64,000 nucleotides of DNA from an uncultured Pseudomonadales bacterium (GTDB lineage: Bacteria; Patescibacteriota; Microgenomatia; UBA1400; PJMF01): NCBI GenBank assembly GCA_964650185.1, contig CAZYRN010000006.1, forward strand, positions 168 to 64,167, in the 5' to 3' direction. Shown piece by piece: positions 47,110-56,624 of this stretch (positions are counted from its first letter, which is position 1; every line of letters starts with the position of its first letter). The notes under the pieces were generated by a model, which saw only the letters and a program-made list of their open reading frames with translations, had not been told where the DNA came from and did not search any database. A program made the position numbers and the translations under genes.

Positions 47110-47910
47110 ATGCTTGGCATTTCTAGACAGTGGCTGTACAAAATAGATTTTCTTCAGAACAGTAAAGATGAACTGTTAAAAGAGAAAATATTGTTTGTGT
47201 GGAGTTCTCACCCAAGTAAAGCCAGTTATGGCTATCGCCGACTTGCCATTGAGCTTGGAGTTGGTAAAAAACGAATTCGCCGCTGTATGAAGAAATATGG
47301 CTTAAAGCCATACAAAAGAAAATCCAGGTGGAGAAAAAGACGAGATGAAAGGAGAAAACCAGCACCATTTTCTAACCAGATTAAAAACCAGTTTCCGATT
47401 GTGCCAAACCACACTTGGGTGGGAGATTTTACATATTTACCATTCAAATGAAAATTTCTCTATTTAGCCACCTTCCTAGATTTATTTACCAGAGAGGTTG
47501 TGGGCTGGCATATTTACACAACTCACACAAAAAATCTGGTGATGCAGGCTTTTCTTGATGGACTGGTTAACCGTAATTTTCAGAAGCCAACCTACATCCA
47601 CTCTGACCAAGGAGTTGAATATACCTCCCAAGATTACACCAAACTAATCCAGGATTTTGGTATTCAAATATCTATGAGCTCCAAAGCTTCTCCTTGGGAA
47701 AATGGTTACCAAGAAAGTTTTTATAACAACTTTAAAACTGACCTTGGCTTAGAGTTTGACCGCTTCCAAGATGAAGGACATTTACTAGAAGCCATTCACC
47801 ACACACTTCACGACTACAACCACACCAGAATTCATTCCATATTAAAAATGCCTCCTTCCAGATTCCACGCCGAGTATTTACACTCCGTGTCTACGAAAAG
47901 GGGTGCTTGA
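47110..47910 (+). pseudogene. IS3 transposase OrfB (DDE) with an in-frame TGA
   Basis: YGYRR, WVGDFTY, HSDQG.EY and ENG.QESF all in one frame, interrupted by TGA at 47449-47451. Confidence 0.88.
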
Positions 47911-47964
47911 CACATTTCTAGATTAATAAATCCTGCTGGTGAAATAAGGATAAGGGTTAATGGG

Positions 47965-48474
47965 ATGCAGAAAAAGTTGGGAAGCATTATAGACTTGAAT
48001 AAAACACAAAGAGAGTTGGCAAATATTGGTTTTCAGGTTTTAACCAAAATGAGTTGGTTATCTGTTGAGGATCTCAGTCCAAATGACAAAAAAATGCTGG
48101 AGGAAGAATACAGTCCCGCTCTGAAAAGTGCTACTTTTTCTATGATACCGGGAAGAGCTACAGAAATATATCAACTGACAATGACGTTGATGAAGGGTGC
48201 TAAAAGTTTGGGGCAGGTAAATCTTATTCCTGTTGTTATACGTGCAGATCAAAAAAAACTACCAGAAGAGCCAGAGTTGTTGATGCTCTTTAATGGCAAC
48301 GTTTATCAGTTAGATGAGGTCATGATGGCAGTCAGGGAATACCTACAGACTGAGGGAATAGCATTGGCCAACTTAAAGCCGGAAACAGAAGCACCAGATG
48401 AACTGATTATCAATGATCCTATAGGGATAAATCCTACTGGAGAAACTATGGTCTATATTGGAGAAACAACCTGA
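47965..48474 (+). CDS. Hypothetical protein
   Basis: 169-aa ORF with no recognised motif. Confidence 0.5.
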   Translation: MQKKLGSIIDLNKTQRELANIGFQVLTKMSWLSVEDLSPNDKKMLEEEYSPALKSATFSMIPGRATEIYQLTMTLMKGAKSLGQVNLIPVVIRADQKKLPEEPELLMLFNGNVYQLDEVMMAVREYLQTEGIALANLKPETEAPDELIINDPIGINPTGETMVYIGETT

Positions 48475-48504
48475 TTAGTTTTTGATGTGACTTCATAAGA
48501 TTAA

Positions 48505-49206
48505 CTATCCAAACAACTTCTCTTCATTCATGATCACCACTGAAGAGTCGGCGTAGTTCTCGGCGAGCTCAGCCTGCAGTTTTGGCAAACGCTTGTGATC
48601 GGTGAGCTTGACACTGTAGAGTACTTCATGCTGGTTGGGCTGGTCGTCAATGCGCTTTAAATCAATGAAGTGGGTGTATTTATCTAAAATTGAGTTCAGT
48701 TGAGGCAGTTCAATTTTCTTTTTGCCTTTAATACTTAAAATTAAAGTTTGATCGTTGGTAGGATCAAATAACTTAAATCTGCCTCGTAAGGCAGCTTCGA
48801 CCAAGATAAAAATTGTAACTACAAAAAACATTAAAATGGTGGTGGCTCGTTGGTTGGCGCCCATGCCCAGTCCCAAACCAATTGCTAAAAAGATGTAAAC
48901 TAACTCTTCCGGATCTTTAATAGCTGATCTAAATCTGACAATGGATAAGGCACCGACCAAACCTAGTGACAAAGCCAACGATGTGCGAATGATGCCAATA
49001 ATCATCATGGTGGTCAGGGCTAAGATCGGCAATAAGGCTGCCAATCGTTTGCGGTTGGAGAGAGTTCTGGCAGTTTTGACATAGAGCCAACTCACTATCA
49101 ACACCATGAGCGTTAAAAGTAAACTATCAATGACGGTGGTAGTTAAGTCAATGCGGCTATCTGCCAGATTAAAATAGGAGCGGAGTTCAGCAAGAGATTG
49201 TTTCAT
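48505..49206 (-). CDS. DUF4956 membrane protein
   Basis: SLALSLGLVGALSIVRFRSAIKDP signature. Confidence 0.9.
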   Translation of the reverse strand: MKQSLAELRSYFNLADSRIDLTTTVIDSLLLTLMVLIVSWLYVKTARTLSNRKRLAALLPILALTTMMIIGIIRTSLALSLGLVGALSIVRFRSAIKDPEELVYIFLAIGLGLGMGANQRATTILMFFVVTIFILVEAALRGRFKLFDPTNDQTLILSIKGKKKIELPQLNSILDKYTHFIDLKRIDDQPNQHEVLYSVKLTDHKRLPKLQAELAENYADSSVVIMNEEKLFG

Positions 49207-49237
49207 AATGATCGTTTGTTAATACTTGATATTTATA

Positions 49238-51202
49238 TCAGAAAAGCCAGCCTTTGACAAAAACTGCTTTTAATGACTGATCTTGAGAAAGATTAATTCT
49301 GAGTTGTGACTGCTGTTTTTTGGCGGCTGGCACATCTCCTTCCCAATGACTAAACCGCCAACCAGCATTTGGCAAAGCCTTAATATTGATCGATTGATCT
49401 GGGAAGTATTTGTTTTCATAAGGAGCATTTTCACCTTGATAGGTGGTAGTATGAACTTGAATATCACCCCCGGCTGGATCACTCACATCTAAGTAAAGCT
49501 TGATCATCTCAGTTCGAGAAGTTGTAAAGTTACCGTCATCGTCAGTATAAAGTTCTTCAAAAACTTGGTTTTGAGCTCCTTCTTGGCGATATTTTAAATA
49601 AGTGCGAACTAAATCTACCTGATAATGCCAGTCTTCCATACTTTGAAACTGACTAATCCCATAAGGAGAGGTGTAATCTTTCCAGCGGGCAATCTGATTG
49701 GGCATCTCTGGCTCAATTACTGCTTCCATCCGATCCAGTTCGGCGATGGCCTGTTTACTGCTAAGAACGGTGTTCAGCAAGTTGGCGTAGCGATTTAAAA
49801 AGTTCTCTTTAAAAGTGGTGTTGTAGAAAATATTGCGCAAGGGAAATTGATCATCAATGAGAATGCCCAGCATGCCTTTGCCGGCGGCGGCGATCATTTT
49901 TTCATGCGTATCACTTGTGTGGCCTAAGCCGGCATCGAGATCAAAAAGCAGCCAGCGGAATCGGCCATCAATTCCTGGGGGTAATTCTAAAACCTCATCC
50001 GGATTTTCTGCCAAAATATTATTGTGGTAGACCCAGACTTTGCTATTGCCATACGGCCAATCAAAGTTAGCGAAATGCATTTCGAAGATGTTGTAATCAA
50101 TAAAATTATCCATATCAATTAACTTACGATACTCGTTATATTCTGGACAACCACGGCAGCCCATCGCCTTTACCAGCATCTCGTTATAGCGGTCCCGATC
50201 ACTTTCATAACCTTGAGTTAGTTCGGCCTGACCTCTGGTTTCGCCGTGATTATGCGGTACATCCAGAATGGTTAATCGATCTCTAGTCACACCATACTTT
50301 TCTTCAAAATAATGGTCATCAAATCTTTCTCTAATGTAGTAAATGCCCCAGTACTCACCATTTAGATAAACTACTACTGGTTGACTCGGCATGACATCTA
50401 GATCGGTACTTTGCTGAGCTAAATTGTGAATTAAAGCATCACGTAAATAAGCGTCTCGCCAATCTGTGCCAGCGTTACGTAGCACGATTTCATCATGGGT
50501 AGTCAGCCCGTCGTTGGGGAAGAAGTCATACTGAAACAGTTCCCGCTCATCTTGGTAAGAAGCAATTAGGCGAAAACTTTTTTGAGGTAATTCTCTTGAG
50601 CCAGTACCATGAATTCGGACTCCCACATCGCGCTGATACTCAAATTGTTGATCTTGATAATAGATGAACTCTGCTGGCCGCTCCCACTCTTTACCGGATT
50701 GCTTATAGTTGATGTGATTACCAGCGGTATAAATACCAATTTCATCATCCCAAAGATTTTTGGGTTCAGTGATTAAAGATACCACTGGTAAGGTGTGATT
50801 TGCCTTAATAAAGTAGGTTTTAATTAAAATTGGACTGATTTGAGTTTCTCGGCGAAAAAGGGCTGTTTTAATGACTGTGGTTTTTTCTATTTGAATGGGC
50901 TCAGTATAAAGTTGGCTGGTAGGGGTGGGATCAGAGCCATCTGTAGTAAATCTCAGCTGATAATCACCTAAAGCTAAAGTATGGTCAAGATCAACTTGGA
51001 CAGCTTGCTGATGAAAGTCGGCTGTGGGAGAGATGATGACTTGTGGTTGAACTGTTTTAGTTAGGAGCGATAAGATTGCCACGATCAGCATAATTGCTGC
51101 TAAAACATAAAAGTTCATTTTTAATTTTTGCCGAGAATAAAGCTGTTTAAATGCTGCCTTGGTTCTAGCCAAAAGTGGGGGTCGGTCGTTTTTAATAATC
51201 AT
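49238..51202 (-). CDS. CotH kinase-family protein with FN3/chitobiase-like and InlB-B-like accessory domains
   Basis: FTTDGSDPT, GVRIHG..SR..PQKSF, LNGEYWGIY..RE, DWP..N, W..FDLD and C-terminal PNAGWRFSHWEGD. Confidence 0.9.
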   Translation of the reverse strand: MIIKNDRPPLLARTKAAFKQLYSRQKLKMNFYVLAAIMLIVAILSLLTKTVQPQVIISPTADFHQQAVQVDLDHTLALGDYQLRFTTDGSDPTPTSQLYTEPIQIEKTTVIKTALFRRETQISPILIKTYFIKANHTLPVVSLITEPKNLWDDEIGIYTAGNHINYKQSGKEWERPAEFIYYQDQQFEYQRDVGVRIHGTGSRELPQKSFRLIASYQDERELFQYDFFPNDGLTTHDEIVLRNAGTDWRDAYLRDALIHNLAQQSTDLDVMPSQPVVVYLNGEYWGIYYIRERFDDHYFEEKYGVTRDRLTILDVPHNHGETRGQAELTQGYESDRDRYNEMLVKAMGCRGCPEYNEYRKLIDMDNFIDYNIFEMHFANFDWPYGNSKVWVYHNNILAENPDEVLELPPGIDGRFRWLLFDLDAGLGHTSDTHEKMIAAAGKGMLGILIDDQFPLRNIFYNTTFKENFLNRYANLLNTVLSSKQAIAELDRMEAVIEPEMPNQIARWKDYTSPYGISQFQSMEDWHYQVDLVRTYLKYRQEGAQNQVFEELYTDDDGNFTTSRTEMIKLYLDVSDPAGGDIQVHTTTYQGENAPYENKYFPDQSINIKALPNAGWRFSHWEGDVPAAKKQQSQLRINLSQDQSLKAVFVKGWLF

Positions 51203-51991
51203 GCCGCTCCAAACTTGCCAATCCCAAGGCATACTTAGAAGTGCGCTGTCTCAAAAAGGGTAAATATTGAGCGGCATCAGTCAGTTCATCCAGATCATCT
51301 AGCTTTGATTTTAACTCTAAAATTGATAGGCTGGGTCTGATGGTAAAATTTAAGTCCAGCTGGTGGGAGTTGATTGAACGGAATTCAAGATCTTGATCAA
51401 TGGTGGCGCGAATCTTGCCGTCTGCAGAAAGATAGTAGTGACGGCGGTATGAGTTGTAGACGGTTGGGTGCAGTAATCCCAGTTTGAAAAGGGTGGAGTC
51501 GGTGGAGTTGTCTGGGAAGAAAGGCGCTGAAGTGGTGGTGGCGGATTTTGTGCTGACAGGAGCTGGTGTAGATTCAAGATGAAGGTAAGACCGGATAACG
51601 GGAGGTAGTTGGGTAATCAACTTAGCTGGCAATTTTTCTTGGTTGAAAATAATTTTTTTAACCGAATCAGCTTGTTTTAACTTAATTTCCAATTGAGGTA
51701 CGGGAGTTAGGGAGTGAGAAGTGGTTAAGAAATCCTGCTCTTGCGAGTACCAGCGAAGCCTGATTTTTTTGCGGATATTGGCACCATTGATATTGTCGTA
51801 GTAATCATCGAGATCATGATTATCAAAATAGATGTTGTGAACCACTCGCTCATAATAAATTTCTCGGAAAACAGCCGGATGGCGTTTTAAGATTAGAGTA
51901 ATGGGATTCGAATCAGCTTCTTCCAATAGATATTTTTTTCATGGCGGAATTTCTCTAGGCTGGGCTGAATGAAAGTAGGTAGAGTAAACAC
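51192..51991 (-). pseudogene. VTC (polyphosphate polymerase/CYTH-like) domain protein, frameshifted in an A7 run
   Basis: IYFD, KIRLRWY, LEIK, Y.R, R.T.D, LELK and SKY motifs. The N-terminal FRHEKKY motif is out of frame by one missing A at 51933-51939. Confidence 0.8.
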
Positions 51992-52022
51992 AATGGCATT
52001 ATTCTATCACTACTCATGAGGT

Positions 52023-52055
52023 AATCACTATGGCTGAAGAAATCACTATGGCTGA
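52023..52055. repeat. 15-bp direct repeat AATCACTATGGCTGA x2 (period 18)
   Basis: Exact copies at 52023 and 52041, with a degenerate copy near 52007, between divergent promoters. Confidence 0.8.
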
Positions 52056-52077
52056 GTTGCGAGATTAGCGTAGCGTC

Positions 52078-52126
52078 TTGACACCTCAGAAATAAAGTTC
52101 ATAATATATGAATATGAATTCATATA
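52078..52126 (+). promoter_or_regulatory. arsR promoter and operator
   Basis: TTGACA-16 nt-CATAAT; inverted repeat TATATGAA-N6-TTCATATA (52105-52126) over the start codons. Confidence 0.75.
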
Positions 52127-52443
52127 AATGTTGCCAGACTGGTTCAACGGAACTCAACCAAGTTGAGTCAATTTCTCAACTATGTAAGTTAGTTGGTGAA
52201 ACAAACCGCCTTAAATTACTCTGTTTGCTCAGACAAGGTGAACACTGTGTCTGCGAAATTTTAGATCATCTGCCGCTGTCGCAAAGTTTGGTCTCTCATC
52301 ACTTGGCTGATTTGAGAGAGGCAGGAGTTATTGTGGATCGTAAAGAAGGTCGGCAAGTCTTTTACTCATTGACCAAAATGGGCCAATCTTTGACTGATCA
52401 CTTATTTATGCTTAATAAAATTAAATTATCAAAAAATAACTAA
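52108..52443 (+). CDS. arsR: ArsR-family repressor
   Basis: RLKLL..L..GEHCVCE (CVC box), SQSLVSHHL and an N-terminal CC. Confidence 0.88.
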   Translation: MNMNSYKCCQTGSTELNQVESISQLCKLVGETNRLKLLCLLRQGEHCVCEILDHLPLSQSLVSHHLADLREAGVIVDRKEGRQVFYSLTKMGQSLTDHLFMLNKIKLSKNN

Positions 52444-52485
52444 GCTCGAATTAAAAAGTTACAAAAATTAGTATAAGGAGCATCA

Positions 52486-52740
52486 ATGAAAATTGAAGTA
52501 TTAGGATCAGGCTGCCCGACTTGTGCTAAGTTAAATGAGGCTGTTCAGGCAGTGGTGAAGAAAATGAAGCTGGAAAGTGAGGTTGAGTATCTGACAGGTA
52601 CGGCTGGCATTCAGCGGATTGTAGAGCTGGGGGCAGTGAGTGCACCAGTATTAGCCATTAATGGTGAAGTTGCCATGACAGGTTTTACTCCAGATCTGGA
52701 TAAAATTGAAGCGGTAATTAGCAAGCATCAAGGGGCTTAA
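52486..52740 (+). CDS. Small redox-active disulfide protein (MTH895/thioredoxin_3 family)
   Basis: IEVLGSGCPTC...P.LAING. Confidence 0.9.
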   Translation: MKIEVLGSGCPTCAKLNEAVQAVVKKMKLESEVEYLTGTAGIQRIVELGAVSAPVLAINGEVAMTGFTPDLDKIEAVISKHQGA

Positions 52741-52742
52741 GT

Positions 52743-53723
52743 ATGGATATCTTTGCTCCCATCCAAGCCTTGGCGGATTTAGCTACTTTTCAGTGGTTGG
52801 GTCTGGCTCATGAGAGTTTCGCTGCTCATGCCCTTAACTACTTTATTTATGATGTGATTAAGATCGGCGGCTTGCTGGTGGTGATCAATTACGTTATGGC
52901 AGTCACCCGCTACTATTTTCCAGTCGAAAAAGTTAAAGCTATCTTAACCAGCCGCCGCTGGTACGGTCTGGACTACTTAGTAGCCACCTTACTAGGAGTG
53001 GTGACCCCATTTTGCTCCTGTTCCTCAATTCCCTTATTTATTGGTTTTTTATCTGGAGGGATTCCCTTAGGTGTGACATTTGCTTTTTTAATTAGTTCAC
53101 CATTAGTCAATGAATCATCGCTTTACTTATTTCCGGCTATCTTTGGTTTGCAGACGACGTTTTTTTATAACGCGATTGGCATTGGGGTGGCAGTACTGGG
53201 CGGCTTGCTGATTCAAAAGTTAAAACTGGACAGGTTTATCCAGCCAGAGTTTTTGCAGTTTAAATCAAAAAAACAGCTCAAGGAAAAATATCAGCAGAAT
53301 CACCCTCCTTTGAAAGAGCTGCTGCGGCATTGGTCTGGTGAAGCAATGGAAATCACGCGCAAAGTTTTCCCTTATGTTTTACTCGGTGTGGCTTTGGGAG
53401 CAATCATTCACGGTTATGTACCAGAAGAATTGGTCACTCGCTCCTTATCATTAGAAAAATGGTGGGTAGTGCCATTGGCGACACTATTAGGTGTGCCATT
53501 GTATGCGAATTCGGTGTCAGTTATTCCAGTGATAGAGGCTGTTATTGGTAAGGGTGTACCACTGGGTTCGGCGTTAGCATTCATGACAGCTACGGTCACT
53601 CTATCGCTGCCAGAGGCTTTAATGCTCAAAAAACTGATGAAATGGCAGCTGCTAAGCATCTTTTTTGGCATCACTATAGCTGGCATCATGCTGATTGGCT
53701 ATTTGTTTAACTTCATCACCTAG
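52743..53723 (+). CDS. ArsP/DUF318 permease
   Basis: TPFCSCSSIP, ISSPLVN and LSLPE motifs; multi-TM. Confidence 0.9.
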   Translation: MDIFAPIQALADLATFQWLGLAHESFAAHALNYFIYDVIKIGGLLVVINYVMAVTRYYFPVEKVKAILTSRRWYGLDYLVATLLGVVTPFCSCSSIPLFIGFLSGGIPLGVTFAFLISSPLVNESSLYLFPAIFGLQTTFFYNAIGIGVAVLGGLLIQKLKLDRFIQPEFLQFKSKKQLKEKYQQNHPPLKELLRHWSGEAMEITRKVFPYVLLGVALGAIIHGYVPEELVTRSLSLEKWWVVPLATLLGVPLYANSVSVIPVIEAVIGKGVPLGSALAFMTATVTLSLPEALMLKKLMKWQLLSIFFGITIAGIMLIGYLFNFIT

Positions 53724-53759
53724 CCTCAGCCCAATGACTAAAGATCACTTAAAGATCGC

Positions 53760-54386
53760 TTAAAGCTCAACAGCCTCAATATTCAGCTCACCATCTGGTA
53801 AAGGCTGCAACAGCTGGGCGACTGTTGACAGCGGTGTGCTTGGGTCCAACCACTGCTCTTCAACTTTATGATCAATAATAACTGGCATTCGCTGATGAAT
53901 ATCTTTCAGATCATGGTTAGCATCAGTCGTAATAATGGTGCAGGTTTCAATATCCTGCCAGGGTTCATATAATCCAGCCAGGCTCAAGACTTTTTCGTCA
54001 TGCAATTTAATTGAGTAAGGCTGACGCTCCACAATTTTGTTATTTTTCTTAATTTTTTGCCACTCAAAAAAATGTGTGCTGGGAATCAAACATCGTTGGG
54101 CATTCTCCCAGGCATGCTTAAATGTAGGTTTTTCATGAACAGTTTCAGCTCGGGCGTTAAAGGTTGGATACCTGAGATCTTTTGTGTTTTTAATCCAAGT
54201 TGGCATGATTGACCAATAGCGCAACACTAGCTGATTAGGCGATTGACGGCTAATGCTGGGAATAAAGGTATGGGGTGAAAAACGAGCTTGAAAAAGCGGC
54301 TGATCCAATTTTGGCGGCAGATTGAGTTGATATCGCTCAGCGAACTCATCTTCTGTTAGGTTTATTAGGCCAAAAGCACCGCACAT
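53760..54386 (-). CDS. SRAP/HMCES-family abasic-site protein (SOS response-associated peptidase)
   Basis: N-terminal MCG, FNARAET, RCLIP...FFEW and IH.RMPVI. Confidence 0.93.
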   Translation of the reverse strand: MCGAFGLINLTEDEFAERYQLNLPPKLDQPLFQARFSPHTFIPSISRQSPNQLVLRYWSIMPTWIKNTKDLRYPTFNARAETVHEKPTFKHAWENAQRCLIPSTHFFEWQKIKKNNKIVERQPYSIKLHDEKVLSLAGLYEPWQDIETCTIITTDANHDLKDIHQRMPVIIDHKVEEQWLDPSTPLSTVAQLLQPLPDGELNIEAVEL

Positions 54387-54562
54387 AGGTAAATTTTATC
54401 TGTCTTAGTAATTGATCTGTAACTTAATTGTCTCTAATAGCCAAATGAGAAGTATAAGCGTTGAGTAAGAGGATGGTATGTAGTCCATGAATTTTGTTGA
54501 AATGGTGAAAGTGAAACGATTAACATGGGGTTGTTGTATAAATTATCAAGAAAGGAGAACCC

Positions 54563-55015
54563 ATGAAAAAGGCCTTAAGCTCGCTTGGTCTAGCTGCAGT
54601 GGTTGGTTTAGCAGCAGTGACCGGTGTCCAAGCGCAGCCTACAACGTGGCATCAGGGTTTTGAAGGGGATACAAGTGGATGGGAGGACAGCACGAATGGT
54701 TGGTATGGCTCAATTGAGCGAGTGCCGTCAGGAGAAGATGGCATAACCTCTTCCGAGGGCGATTATCATGCTGTAGTGGAAGAGGATGCTAACTCTGCCC
54801 CATTTTCTCGGTTTGATGGCTTTCGGGATGAGTGGAGTGGTGACTGGACTGCTGAAATTGATGTTTATCTTGATCCCGCTTGGGATTTAGGTACCGGCTT
54901 CGATTACTCAGTTGCAGCCACTGGTACTCAGGATGAGTTACTTGCTATGATTGGCTCGGCTGTCGGCTTAACGATCGCCGCTGTCTCAGGTCGAGCTTAC
55001 TTGAAAACTCGCTAA
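54563..55015 (+). CDS. Exported protein with a C-terminal TM anchor, possibly internally deleted
   Basis: Signal peptide, strong SD and a beta-rich segment that ends abruptly at YSVAATG, followed by a TM helix and basic tail. Confidence 0.6.
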   Translation: MKKALSSLGLAAVVGLAAVTGVQAQPTTWHQGFEGDTSGWEDSTNGWYGSIERVPSGEDGITSSEGDYHAVVEEDANSAPFSRFDGFRDEWSGDWTAEIDVYLDPAWDLGTGFDYSVAATGTQDELLAMIGSAVGLTIAAVSGRAYLKTR

Positions 55016-55032
55016 ATCAGCTGGCTAAATTC

Positions 55033-55602
55033 TTAAGCGCCCTCAATCATCTGTACTTGAGTAGCCCAGATGTAGGACTGTCCTTCCATGTCGGCGAAAA
55101 AGTCATCATCTAGGTCAATACCGTAGTCATTCTCAACTTCTGTGATGCTGAACTCCCGGACGGTGCCTAACACCTGGTAAGTATTGTCACCTACCAACTG
55201 ATCTGACAAATTTGGAACTGGACTCTGGGTAATGACAATCAGATTGTTGTCCGACTCCATGGACTCAAGAGTAAAAGCTCTTTCTGCTACTAAAATTTCG
55301 CCTAAATTTCCTTCAACAATCACTTGCTGATCCAAATGAAGACTAGGGTCGTCAACAATTTCATCAATAGTGGCGGTCGGCTCAGTAGTTAACTCCTGAT
55401 CTGTCTCATCAGTCAGCTCGCCATTAACCTCATCATCTGACATGGGTGAGGGTGAGCCTGGAAAGATTTGACCGTTTTCTACAATTTGACCATTATTTTG
55501 CCCAGTGCCATTATTAGTTAGCATTGGGACTAATACCACGATGCCGATAATCACAATGCCTGCTAAAACTAACCAAGTAATCCAACTAGCTCCTTTATTC
55601 AT
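55033..55602 (-). CDS. Membrane-anchored acidic protein (possible OB-fold)
   Basis: N-terminal TM helix; V.VEG....I....F.L...V.GTV pattern. Confidence 0.65.
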   Translation of the reverse strand: MNKGASWITWLVLAGIVIIGIVVLVPMLTNNGTGQNNGQIVENGQIFPGSPSPMSDDEVNGELTDETDQELTTEPTATIDEIVDDPSLHLDQQVIVEGNLGEILVAERAFTLESMESDNNLIVITQSPVPNLSDQLVGDNTYQVLGTVREFSITEVENDYGIDLDDDFFADMEGQSYIWATQVQMIEGA

Positions 55603-55704
55603 ATCAAAACTCCATTCATAGATGTTGATATTACTTCTAGAGTAAAGCTTCATCATCACAACTCAGTTAAAGGAAAGTAAGACTCGGATAAGAGCCGGAG
55701 TTGC

Positions 55705-56487
55705 TTAGCTGATAAGTTCTTGATCTGTTAAATAATCAATTACACCGGCAGCAATTGCTTGAGCCGACACTTCTGGATTTTCCGCAATTAAGCGCCGGTC
55801 ACTGGCATTAGTTAAAAAACCCGTTTCTACAATGGCAGCGGTAGTCATGGGGTGAATCGCATGGTCATATCGCCACCAGGAAAAAGCGTAGTAGCCACGC
55901 ATATTGCTGGTAATATTGTCATCTTGGCGCATCTTAGTGGTTGAACGGTAAGAATTTTCTAAAGATTTCACCAAATCATGAGAATTTCCAGTGAGATCTC
56001 TCCATGGTCCAGCTATTTTAAATCCCGACACAGCTTTGTTCGTGCTGCCGTCAGCATGAATAGCGATAAAAGCATCTGCCCAGTATTGGGGCGGAACAGT
56101 GGCAGGTAAGACATCTACAATAATGCCTTCTGACCGCAAAATGTCTGCGGTTTTTTCGGCAATGACTTGATTAATTTGAGCTTCGGTATAACCGCCGCCA
56201 GTAGCTCCAGTATTGCCACGCAGCACCTTTAGTTCCTCAGGTACTTCATCATTATTGAGGTGGCCAACCTGAAGTCCTACGCGAGGTGGTGTTTCTGGTC
56301 TTTTCCAGTCTTGATGAGCATTTTCGTAGTTGCCTAATGACGGTACTTCCAGCTCAGTCTCACCATAGGGAGGAGCACCATAAATCTCATTTTGCGGCTG
56401 ATCAGTAATCCAAGACAGCATTGAGGCCATTACCCCCAGCATCAATATCAAGGTTGGCAGCCAGTAGTTTTTGAGGTTCTTTTTCAT
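55705..56487 (-). CDS. N-acetylmuramoyl-L-alanine amidase (Amidase_3)
   Basis: LQVGH, E..IN, IAIHADG and IVETGF zinc/catalytic residues. Confidence 0.88.
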   Translation of the reverse strand: MKKNLKNYWLPTLILMLGVMASMLSWITDQPQNEIYGAPPYGETELEVPSLGNYENAHQDWKRPETPPRVGLQVGHLNNDEVPEELKVLRGNTGATGGGYTEAQINQVIAEKTADILRSEGIIVDVLPATVPPQYWADAFIAIHADGSTNKAVSGFKIAGPWRDLTGNSHDLVKSLENSYRSTTKMRQDDNITSNMRGYYAFSWWRYDHAIHPMTTAAIVETGFLTNASDRRLIAENPEVSAQAIAAGVIDYLTDQELIS

Positions 56488-56624
56488 AAACAAGCCGCCA
56501 TTTTATACTATCGTCTGTAGTAGCAAAACCACCAAAAGTATTAAGTGAGTAATACTTGAAGTACTCGATTTATCAGCGCTATACTAGAGATGCTGATCTG
56601 GCAATTTCAAGAAAGGAGCCAGCC

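Larger units (their letters stand above)
46739..47912 (+). mobile_element. IS3-family insertion sequence (degenerate)
   Basis: TG...CA ends with 26-bp imperfect inverted repeats (TGACCCGCTCCCCTTATAGTTGTCAC vs TGTCAAGCACCCCTTTTCGTAGACAC, 18/26 by hand count); orfA/orfB layout. Confidence 0.9.
27986..48474. mobile_element. Defence-rich genomic island (boundaries approximate)
   Basis: Visible shift to AT-richer sequence, serine recombinase with XRE module, R-M/TIR/HEPN/GmrSD cargo and an IS3. No att pair was confirmed. Confidence 0.7.

Noticed and set aside
47449-47451. In-frame TGA at a position that is usually Gly in IS3 OrfB, suggesting genetic code 25 (TGA=Gly)
   Set aside because: It is a single case. 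TGA terminates many genes here (hsdM, hsdR, orfB itself) and long ORFs are intact under code 11, so a GGA-to-TGA mutation is simpler.
27986-48474. Prophage
   Set aside because: No terminase, capsid, tail or replication genes were recognised.
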